Below, piece after piece: positions 9,807 through 19,376 of a DNA stretch of 20,000 nucleotides. Made by a program: the position numbers and the translations under genes. Location of the stretch: assembly GCF_004010195.1 (NCBI RefSeq), contig NC_057718.1:19713559-19733558 (forward strand), given 5' to 3'. Numbering within the stretch: the first letter of the stretch is position 1; each line of letters opens with the position of its first letter. This stretch comes from Chiloscyllium plagiosum (Eukaryota). The notes under the pieces were generated by a model. That model was given only the letters and a program-made list of their open reading frames with translations. It was not told where the DNA came from and did not search any database.

Positions 9807-11427
9807 CTCCCAGTAGAGGTAATGTCACTGCAGAAATATTCAAGGCAGGTGGAGAAGCAACTATCTGTGGTTATGTAAACTATGTACCCAGGTTTGGAAC
9901 AATGACATTAGTTCACAATTCTGGAAATATGGATCAATCTTCAGAAAAGACAAGCTCATGGTTTGAAAAAAGAAATTAAACGGAGTCTCACATCTGTCAA
10001 TACCAGATAGTCTACTACCAAATGATCCTTAACCATAGTTAAGGCATTGTGGATGGTGAAGTTCAACTACACCAGCTAGTCGTCAGTTCAAAATGCACTT
10101 GCGCCAGCAGATTTTTACACTATGGCCAATTGTTAAGAACTGCCATGAGCATCAACCTCCACTTGCCCCAGCCATCAGTTTTACTGATTTAAGAAAGGCT
10201 GGAGAACCTAAACAGCCGAAAAGAATCTCATTTTGCTGTTGCTGGTAGAACTCAGGAGAGAGTGGGAGACTCGCCAAGCAAGCAGCATGACAAGCAAACC
10301 GATATGGGCTTGCTTGCAACCTTCCATGCCTGATCATGGGGGCCTGCTGAGAGCTACCATCCTGCATCCACACGGCTAACTGGCTCCCTTTCTCTTTCTG
10401 CTTTATAAAAATGACTTTACAAGTGCAGCAGTCTGGAATGGCCAGGAATTCGCAGTAATGGTGACAAATGCCACAAGTTAGATTAATGTGCTTCCTGAAG
10501 TGATGCCACAGGTCCAAAGAAGATTGACAGCTTTATGATGTCAAACAAGCTTTTTTTTCTCTGCAATCTCTTTTGTTAATGGATCAATGCTTATATACTC
10601 AAGATAAAATGTTATTAAAGGCTTATAGCTTCTGCTACTCTTATTTTAAAGGCTTGATTGACTGACACTTTTAGAAGATTGTAGCAACAGCAATTCTATT
10701 TTAAAGAAAATTATGAGCGGGAGTTTTTCAAACAGTTTCACATCAACTAGTTACTACAGTGTTGATTCTGGAGTGTATACTTAGTAAATGAGCACAGAAG
10801 TGTGTGAGTTAGCATGGAGAGTATGAGGAGGCCATGCAGGTGAGTGAGGGGCATGTATTGACATTGGAGTAGGTAGCCAAGTGAGAAGGGTGAGAACTAG
10901 ACAGCCAAAATCACAAACATCAGGGATGAATCCACGGAGAGTCGTGGCTAGCCCTTTCAACAATCCACTTCAACATTTGGCTGACCTGATGCCAATTACC
11001 AATTTGTTTGGTGAGGCAGCTGGGCCACGTCCATCTCTCACCTGTCACCTCCACCCTTCACCTCCTGGTGAAAACTAATCTGAAAGCTCACTTCCTGCTG
11101 AGGCACATCTGCCAAGTTGAGAAATTCTCCAAATTGAGCTACTCTATTCAGTAGTGACAGTTTGGCCAATTTGATGCACAGATATACTTTGACTAAAAAT
11201 GCGTCCATGTGATAAATCAAAAGCTTTGTAAATAATATCAACTTCCGGTAACAACTTTGTTACAGTCATCATTGATTATGATCAGTCCAAATTTATTGTG
11301 AAACATGCAGATTTATTCCACCAAACTTAATAGGATTCACTTTAGCAATGAACCACAAATAATTAAGTCATATCGTCCATCTTAAAGGCCTACACACCTG
11401 CACTCAAATAGTAATAGATGGAGGTGA

Positions 11428-11501
11428 TGACAGAGTGGTATTATAGCTAGACTATTTATCCAAAAACTTAGCCAATAGTTTGGGGACCTGAGTTCAAATC
11501 T
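11428..11501 (+). promoter_or_regulatory. Degenerate Pol III type-2 internal promoter (A and B boxes) in the LINE head
   Basis: A-box-like TGACAGAGTGG at 11428-11438 and B-box-like GAGTTCAAATCT at 11490-11501, with tRNA-like spacing and a long variable region. Confidence 0.6.
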
Positions 11502-13859
11502 AGCCACAACAGATGTTGAAATTTTAATTCAATAAAAAATATCCAGAAATAAGAATTTGTTGATGACCATGAAATTGTTGCCATTGGTCAGAAAAAGAAA
11601 TCTGCCACCCTCACCTTGTCTGGCCTACATGTGACTCCAGATGTGTCGACTCTCAACTGCCCTCTTAAACGGTTGAACAAGCCACTCAGTTGTCGGAATC
11701 ACTACAAAACCTCAACAAAGAAATGAAACCAGACAGGTCACCTGACCTTGACCTAGCCACCGGAAAAGGCAAAGGCAGAAACAGCTCTCTAATCCTGTAA
11801 AGTCCTCCTTACTAACACCTGGGGGCGAGTGCCAAAATTAGAAGAACTGTCTCACAGACTATTCAAGCAATAGTCTGGTAATCATACTTACAGAACCATA
11901 CCTGACAGACAATATCCCAGACACCACCATCACCACCAGAACCAGCAGAGGTGGTGGTAGAATGGCATACACTTGGAAGAGAATTGCCCTGGGAGTCTTC
12001 AACATTGACTCTGAACTTTATGAATTCTCATGGCTTCAGGTTAAACATGAGTAAGGAAACTTCCTGCTGATTACCATGTACTGACCTCTCTTGACTGATG
12101 AATCAATATTCTCCTCCATATCGAACAACACTCAAAGGAAGCACTGTGGGCTTGCAAGGACACAAAAATGTACTCTTGGTGGGAGATTTCAATGTTCACC
12201 ACTGAAAATGGCTCAGCAGCAGCACTACAGATGGAACTGATCGGGTGTTAAAGGACATAGCTGCTAGATTGGTCTGTGGCTGTTGGTAAGGGAATCAACA
12301 AGAGAGAAATGCATACTTGACTTCATCCTTACCAATTTGCTGACTGCAGATGCATCTGTCCATGACAGTTCTTGTGGAGACAAAGTCCTGTCTTGACATG
12401 GGCAATACCTTTCAACATACTGTGTGACACCATCACTGTGCTAAATGAGACAAACTTCAAAGAGATCAACAACTCAAGATTGGGCATTCATAAGGCGTTA
12501 TGGGCCTTCAACAACAGCAGAATTATACTCCAACACAATCTGCAACCTCATGGCTCAGCATATCCCCCACTCTACCATCACCGTTAAGTCAGGGGAACAA
12601 CCCTGATTCAATGGAGAATGCAGGAGGGCATGCCAGGTGCAGCACTAGGCACACCTAAGCAACAAGTGATAGGCAGAGCTAAGCAATCCCTTAACCAATG
12701 GATCAGATCTAAATTTTGCAGTCATCCCATACCCAGTTGTGAATGATGTGGACAACGAAACAACTCACAGGAGGAGGAGGCTCCACCAATATCTTCATCC
12801 TCAATGATGGAAGAACCTAACACAGAAGTGCAAAAGATAAGGCTGAAGTATTCACAACAACGTTCAGCCAGAAGGGCCAAGTAGATGATCCATTACAGCC
12901 TCCTCCAGTGGCCTCCAGTGTTACAGATACCAGTCATCAACAAATTCAATTAATTCCAAGTAATATCAAGAAATAGTTGGAGATACTGGATACTGCAAAG
13001 GCTATGTGCCCTGACAAGATTCTGACAACAGTACTGACAACTTGCACTCCAGAACTTGCTGTTTCCCGAGCTAAACTCTTCCAGTACAGTTGGAACACTG
13101 GCGTCTAACCAATAAAATTCAAAATTGCCCAGGCACACACAAAGCAGACCAAGTCCAACCCAACCAATTATCACCCCATCAATCTACTGCCGATCATCAG
13201 TGAAGTGATGGACAGTGTCATCAACAGTGCAATCAAGCAGCACCTGCTCAGCAATAACCTGCTCAGTGACGCTAGTGCCTGACCTCATTGCAGCTTTGTT
13301 CAAACATGGACAAAAGAGCTGAATTCCAGAGATGAACTGGGAGTGACATCCCTTGACATCAAGGCTGAGTGTGCCATCAACGGACCCAGCAAAACTGGAA
13401 TTAATGGGTATCGGGGGCCAAACTCTCTGCTGGTTGGATCCAGACCTGGCACATAGGAAGATAGGTAAAAACAATGACTGCAGATGCTGGAAACCAGATT
13501 CTGGATTAGTGGTGCTGGAAGAGCACAGCAGTTCAGGCAGCATTCGAGGAGTGGTGCTGGAAGAGCACAGCAGTATCTGCTCCCAGGTGGACCAGTTCCA
13601 CGACAGAACACACCAGATGGCCTCCTTCTTTAGAGACTGCAATTTCCCTTCCCATGTGGTTAAAGATGGCCTCCAACGCATCTCGTCCACATCACACCCC
13701 TCCAACCGTAACAAGGACAGAACGCCCCTGGTGCTCACCTTCCACCCTACCAACCTTCGCATAAACCAAATCATCCGCCGACATTTCCACCACCTCCAAA
13801 AAGACCCCACCACCAGGGATATATTTCCCTCCCCACCTCTTTCCGCCTTCCGCAAAGAC

Positions 13860-14306
13860 NNNNNNNNNNNNNNNNNNNNNNNNNNNNNNNNNNNNNNNNN
13901 NNNNNNNNNNNNNNNNNNNNNNNNNNNNNNNNNNNNNNNNNNNNNNNNNNNNNNNNNNNNNNNNNNNNNNNNNNNNNNNNNNNNNNNNNNNNNNNNNNNN
14001 NNNNNNNNNNNNNNNNNNNNNNNNNNNNNNNNNNNNNNNNNNNNNNNNNNNNNNNNNNNNNNNNNNNNNNNNNNNNNNNNNNNNNNNNNNNNNNNNNNNN
14101 NNNNNNNNNNNNNNNNNNNNNNNNNNNNNNNNNNNNNNNNNNNNNNNNNNNNNNNNNNNNNNNNNNNNNNNNNNNNNNNNNNNNNNNNNNNNNNNNNNNN
14201 NNNNNNNNNNNNNNNNNNNNNNNNNNNNNNNNNNNNNNNNNNNNNNNNNNNNNNNNNNNNNNNNNNNNNNNNNNNNNNNNNNNNNNNNNNNNNNNNNNNN
14301 NNNNNN
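13860..14306. other. Assembly gap (447 N)
   Basis: Run of N. Confidence 1.
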
Positions 14307-14408
14307 CCTTCACCCCCTCCCCCACTCACCTATTGTACTCTATGCTACTTTCTCCCCACCCCCACCCTCCTCTCACTTATCTCTCCACCCTACAGGCTCT
14401 CTGTCTGC

Positions 14409-14441
14409 ATTCCTGAAGGGATTTTGCCCGAAACGTCGATT
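14409..14441 (+). ncRNA. Minimal hammerhead motif, degenerate (3-nt deletion in the CUGAUGA box)
   Basis: ATTC-CTGA-AGGGATTTTGCCC-GAAA-CGTC-GATT. Confidence 0.55.
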
Positions 14442-15102
14442 TTACTGCCTCTCAGATGCTGCCTGAACTGCTGTGCTCTTCCAGCACCACTAATCCAGAA
14501 CATAGGAAGATAGTTGAGGTTGTTGGAGCTCAGTCACCTCAGCTGAAGGATATCTCTGCAGGAGTTCCTCAGGGTAGTAGCCTAAGCCCAACTGTCTTTA
14601 GCTGCTTCATCAATGACCTTCCTTCCATCACAAGGTTAGAAATGCAGATGTTCACTGATGATTGCACAATATTCAGCCTCTTTGAGACACTTCAGATACT
14701 GAAGCACTCCATGTTCAAATGCAACAAGATTTGGACAATATCCAGGCTTGGATTGACAAGTGGCAAGTAACATTTTTGCTACAAATTCCATGCAATAACC
14801 ATCACCAATAAGAGATAATCTAATCACTGTCCCATGACTTTCAATGGTGTTACCATCACTGAATACCCCACTATGATTCTCACCATACAAACCCATGACC
14901 ACTTCTATCTAGAAGGACAAGGGTAGCAGATACGTGGGAACACTACTACCTGCAAGTTCTCCTCCAAGCTTCTCACCATCCTGACTTGGAAGTATATTGC
15001 CATTCCTTCACTGTAGCTGGGTCAAAAATCCTGGAATTCCTTCCCTTAGGGCATTGTGGATCAACCTACAGCACATGGGACTATAGCAGTTAAAGAAGGC
15101 AG

Positions 15103-15782
15103 GTAAAAACAATGATTGCAGATGCTGAAAACTAGATTCTGGATTAGTGGTGCTGGAAGAGCACAGCAGTTCAGGCAGCATCCGAGGAGCAGTAAAATCG
15201 ACGTTTCGGGCAAAAGCCCTTGATCAGGAATAAAGGCAGTGAGCCTGAAGCGTGGAGAGATAAGCTAGAGGAGGGTGGGGGTGGGGAGAAAGTAGCATAG
15301 CGGACAATAGGTGAAGTCCACATTGATGCCCTGGGGTTGAAGTGTTCCAAGGTGGAAGATGAGGCGTTCTTCCTCCAGGCGTCTGGTGGTGAGGGAGCGG
15401 CAGTGAAGGAGGCCCAGGACCTCCATGTCCTCGGCAGAGTGGGAAGGGGAGTTGAAATGTTGGGCCACAGGGCGGTGTGGTTGATTGGTGCGGGTGTCCC
15501 GGAGATGTTCCCTAAAGCGCTGCGCTAGGACGCGTCCAGTCTCCCAATGTAGAGGATACCACATCGGGAGCAACGGATACAGTAAGTGATATTAGTGGAT
15601 GTGCAGGTAAAACTTTGATGGATGTGGAAGGCTCCTTTAGGGCCTTGGATGGAGGTGAGGGAGGGGGTGTGGGCGCATGTTTTGCAGTTCCTGCGGTGGC
15701 AGGAGAAGGTGCCAGGATGGGAGGGTGGGTTGTAGGGGGGCGTGGACCTGACCAGTTAGTCACGGAGGGAACGGTCTTTGCG
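15103..15782 (-). mobile_element. 5'-truncated Penelope-like element with GIY-YIG endonuclease pseudogene and 8-bp TSD
   Basis: Minus strand translates CHRRNCKTCAH...FTCTSTNITYCIRCSRCGILYIG / (frameshift) ETGRVLAQRFREH...VAQHFN...RRLEEERLIFHLGTLQPQGIN. TSD GAAGGCAG at 15095-15102 and 15783-15790. Confidence 0.92.
15196..15231 (-). ncRNA. Minimal hammerhead motif (single G-to-C change in the core)
   Basis: Reverse complement ATTC-CTGATCA-A-GGGC TTTT GCCC-GAAA-CGTC-GATT. Confidence 0.7.
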
Positions 15783-15984
15783 GAAGGCAGCTCAGAGACA
15801 TCTTCTCATGGACAACTTGGGACAGACAATAAAATGCTGGCCAGCCAGTAATGCCTAGGTCCCAAAAGTGGATAAAAAATTCTTTCCCTTGCAAACCTGT
15901 TGAACTGCAACTTAATCTGAAGAGTTTGGATCAGAATAGTGCTGGAAAAGCACAGCAGGTCAGGCAACATCCGAGAAGCAGAAA

Positions 15985-16020
15985 AATCGATGTTTCAGGC
16001 AAAAGCCCTTCATCAGGAGT
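15985..16020 (-). ncRNA. Minimal hammerhead motif with intact CUGAUGA and GAAA boxes
   Basis: Reverse complement ACTC-CTGATGA-A-GGGC TTTT GCCT-GAAA-CATC-GATT; the cleavage triplet would be AUC. Confidence 0.7.
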
Positions 16021-16084
16021 AGAGGCAGAAAGCCTCCAGAGTGGAGCGATAAATGGCGGGGGGAGCTGGGGAGAAGGTAGAAAA

Positions 16085-16416
16085 GGGCGGCACGGTGGCA
16101 CAGTGGTTAGCACTGCTGCCTCACAGCGCCCGAGACCCGGGTTCAATTCCCGCCTCAGGCGACTGACTGTATGGAGTTTGCACGTTCTCCCCGTGTCTGC
16201 GTGGGTTTCCTCCGGGTGCTCCGGTTTCCTCCCACAGTCCAAAGATGTGCAGGTTAGGTGAATTGGCCATGCTAAATTGCCTGCAGTGTTAGGTAAGGGG
16301 TAAATGTAGGGGTATGGTGGGTTGCGCTTCGGCGGGTCGGTGTGGACTTGTTGGTCCGAAGGGCCTGTTTCCACACTGTAAGTAATCTAATTCAAATCTA
16401 AAAAAAAATCTAATTC
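16085..16416 (+). mobile_element. Full-length young HE1-like V-SINE
   Basis: GGGCGGCACGGTGGCACAGTGGTTAGC head, B box GGTTCAATTCC, V-domain, CR1-type tail and AATCTAA repeats. CpGs largely retained; flanked by AAAA/AAAA. Confidence 0.95.
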
Positions 16417-16417
16417 A

Positions 16418-16533
16418 AAAGAGTACAATAGGTGAATGGGGGTGGGGATGGAGTTGATAGGTCAGAGAGGAGGGTGGGGGAAGGTAGCAAAGAGTACAAT
16501 AGGTGAATGGGGGTGGGGATGGAGGTGATAGGT
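16418..16533 (+). repeat. 45-bp direct repeat (period 71) inside the PLE fragment
   Basis: AAAGAGTACAATAGGTGAATGGGGGTGGGGATGGAG(T/G)TGATAGGT at 16418-16462 and 16489-16533. Confidence 0.9.
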
Positions 16534-19376
16534 TAATTTGAAGAGTGTCAAGGATAAATTTATGTTATTATAACTGTTACATTTCCATAACATCAAGGCC
16601 ATTTTTTCAAATAAAAACAAAGATACATACTCTTGCTCCTTGAATTTTTTGCTTTCTGTCTTTGCCCTTTGTTTTAGTTTGAAGTTCCAATTCCTCGCCA
16701 ATGCATAAACTGAAAAGCATTTCTTTCTCAGCCAGTATTTACTATGCCCACACTGTGTTTTGTTAATCAAATGCACTGAAAAGAACATGTTGTAAAAACG
16801 CCAGTATGGAAAACATTACTTCGATTAATGGTGCCTCACATTTATGACCCCTGCCAGACAGTACAAAAGGTTGATACAATGAGATACCTCTAAAGAAAGG
16901 CTCGTTAGTTCACTAATAAACTACAGGCAGCAGCTTATTAGTAACCAAATCCAGAATGTAAACTCCTAAAGCAGTTTAGTCATTAGAGATTTCTAGATAA
17001 GCCATATTTTGTTTCTAAGAAATTTAAAGAGGTTTAAGCTTCATGTGGATGGAAGACGTGGTACATTTGACTAGAATATCACACAATTGAAATTTGGAAC
17101 ACAAGCCCGAGCTCAGCAGGTGCTTAATAGTTGTCACTGACAAAACAAAAATGGCTTTTTCAGGAAATGCTTGGTTTGCCTGACAACTTTTGCAAAGTCA
17201 TTCTTAATTTGTTTTTTCAGTTTGAGTTGGCATTAAAATTGAACTGGCATTTAGACTTGGGTGAACATAAGTCAACACATGTACAACCCAATGGAACCAG
17301 AGGCCTGCAAATCTTTTTCCCAGTTTAGAAATCAGATGTACGGCAACATTTCTGCCGTTCACTTTTAAACTATGTTGAAGAGGAATTACAGGGATACTTC
17401 TAGTCCTATTTGTCTGGACTTTTCTTCCTTATTTGTACAGGCAGGCACAATAAACCTGACCTGGGTTCAAACTGCTTGCGGCTGATTAAACTGAGTGCCA
17501 AAAAGGGTCTGGAAACCACTCAAATGTGTTTAATTTCCTTTGTGTGCTATTTTAAGTTAACCAGTTAACGTGTTTGCACAAATGCCTGTATGCGCTACTT
17601 TATATGAATCTGCAACATGGCATTTTAAAAAAATAAAAGGTACAGAGGAAGTTAATTTAGATAATAATTAGTCTTTTGTTAGAATGTTTCTCACTTCAAA
17701 TTACATATGGTGTTGGTGGAAAGAATATTCTATACTCATCTGAAGAATCCAGTCATTGAACAAGAAATAACAAAGATGACCAAGGCCAAGCTAATTTATA
17801 CTGATATCTTGAATTGGCACAGACCTGTGCTCATCCCTAGTTTCTATATACGCTGTGCCAGAAATTCTCTAGACACACAAAGTCTGAGGTAAACATGTCC
17901 TGCATCCCCCTCTTCCCAGCCCCTGGCCCAAAAGTCAGACATTACTTCAGAAACTTGAAGGATCGGTTGATAACATTAAAGCACTAAAATTCATTTTGAA
18001 TTCTGGAAAATTGAGGCCATATTCGGAAAGAGGGGTTGCAAATCCACCTGCAGTGCAGCTACATTATGGTAACAGAACACTTATTTGGTGCTTGTTTTTT
18101 TAAAAAAACAACCTTTCCAGTAATGTCTGCTCACATTTCCACATTTATTGAAACACAATTTCTGTATATGCCTTCTTCATCTACCTGGTGTTTCAGGCAG
18201 GATCTTTCCAACAGGTTGTGTATGCTCATGACTGACAGTTCTGACTGGTTAAGTGTTTCTGTTGGACTTGAATGTTTTCTCAATAGTGGTAGTATTTACA
18301 CAATCTGTGCATGAATATTGATGAGATGAGACAAACCCCCCCCCATGCCTTGATTATTGCTAAATACAAGTATAAAAATGTAAAGGGCTGAGGAAGACAA
18401 TCAAACTGACTGCACCAAAACTGAACACTTACTTAAAACCAATATTTTGTTATGAAAAACCACTCTGCACTTTACTCACACTGTAATTAAAACAAAGAAA
18501 GGATTGGTGTCAATGATGAAACTATTTACACAACCAATCTGCACTCCATCTAATCTTTCCCGCCATTACACAGATCACTGAGATCCATGGTAATAATGAC
18601 CTCTGGAACTGGAAGTCAATGCCAAGCAACAAGCATGGACCCTCTGAGCTATCATGCAACTTAGAGGGTACGTTTCAGGCAACAATTTCTTAAATAGTGA
18701 CGTTGAGGACTTAGAAACCAGCTGGAGCATTATTTTCACTGGGATAACATCTGGCAGAGGAATATAATAGTTGAGAGTTGAACTTTGGCTGCAGGGATCA
18801 AAGGTGATATCCTAACTCATAGTATCACCCACTCTGCTCATTCTGCTATATTTCTTCTTAACTTGAATGAACAATCAGGGCTGTAATCTCTTACTGTTTG
18901 AAACAAAAGACAAGACAACAATAACAATAAAAGTGAAAGCTGTAAATTAATCTCTACATTCAAACTTAAGTACAGCCAAAAGGTTGATATATTACAAGCT
19001 TCAGCTTCTGGGTGTAGCTCATAATAACAATGTATCAGACATTACAAACAATCTAAAAAGTGTCCCTTTATAGTGGAGTCAATTTATGAGCAAGCTTCCG
19101 AAAGTTCACTGACACAACACAACATACATTAACTCTTGACTAACCACAATCACCTTCTTGCAGTCTAATACACAAATTAACCATGTTTCATTTGCCTAGA
19201 GTCAGGGCACTTCAAAGCAACCCTTTCCATAAAGCATGGAAACATTCTTGAGAAATATGATAAGGGACTAAATAAATGGTGATTATTTTTCATATTTTGT
19301 TTAAAAATATGTTCACAAATGTTGTTATCTCATTTTCCTTTGAATTTACTTCAGAGCTAAGAAAGTGATAAATATA

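Larger units (their letters stand above)
9560..10200 (+). mobile_element. Ancient RTE-like LINE reverse-transcriptase relic, interrupted by a PLE mini-insertion
   Basis: Removing the insert and one TSD copy restores VEKEIAALKNNKSPSRGNVTAEIFKAGGE (RTE-type KNNKSPG.D.I.AEIFK.GG). Downstream reads QIFTLWPIVKNCHEHQ...FTDLRKA (DQIFTLRQ...FIDFKKAFD). Confidence 0.7.
13465..14499 (+). mobile_element. Penelope-like element fragment with inverted terminal segment and 14-bp TSD
   Basis: TSD ACATAGGAAGATAG at 13451-13464 and 14500-14513. Perfect 45-bp inverted repeat at 13499-13543 and 14456-14500. Body translates ICSQVDQF...FPSHVVKDGL...RTPLVLTFHP...FPSPPLSAFRKD (PLE region between RT and endonuclease). 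Confidence 0.88.
11420..15879 (+). mobile_element. Near full-length decayed APE-RT LINE with a tRNA-like 5' head, interrupted by two PLE insertions
   Basis: Head/body at 11420-11691. APE start NTWGRVPKLEELSHRL at 11814, then IILTEPYL and GDFNVHH (12182). Further motifs NYHPINLLPIISEVM (~13166) and GVPQGSSLSPTVFSCFINDLP...MFTDDCT (14560-14670). 3' tail at ~15791-15879 ends GGATAAAAAA. Many stops and indels. Confidence 0.85.
15926..16532 (-). mobile_element. PLE 3' UTR/terminal-repeat fragment, split by an HE1 SINE, with 14-bp TSD
   Basis: GTGCTGGAAAAGCACAGCAGGTCAGGCA matches the other PLE termini. Flanked by TTAATCTGAAGAGT (15912-15925) and TTAATTTGAAGAGT (16533-16546). Confidence 0.82.

Noticed and set aside
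10717..11132. Possible degenerate MITE with ends GGGAGTTTTTCAAAC / GTTGAGAAATTCTCC
   Set aside because: The inverted match is too imperfect and no TSD is visible, so it cannot be supported without a library search.
11240..11265. ETS-like ACTTCCGG next to the GTAACAA-CT-TTGTTAC palindrome
   Set aside because: Short motifs like these are expected by chance in 20 kb, and no conservation data are available.
13184..14513. Long ORFs of 381, 386 and 184 aa in the ORF track
   Set aside because: They are artefacts of reading through the 447-N gap and across LINE/PLE junctions.
13499..15180. CRISPR-like or retron-like repeat array (recurring GTGGTGCTGGAAGAGCACAGCAG)
   Set aside because: Spacing is irregular, orientations are mixed and the context is eukaryotic; PLE terminal repeats explain it fully.
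16085..16155. tRNA gene
   Set aside because: A/B boxes are present, but this is the SINE head, continuous with the V-domain and LINE tail.
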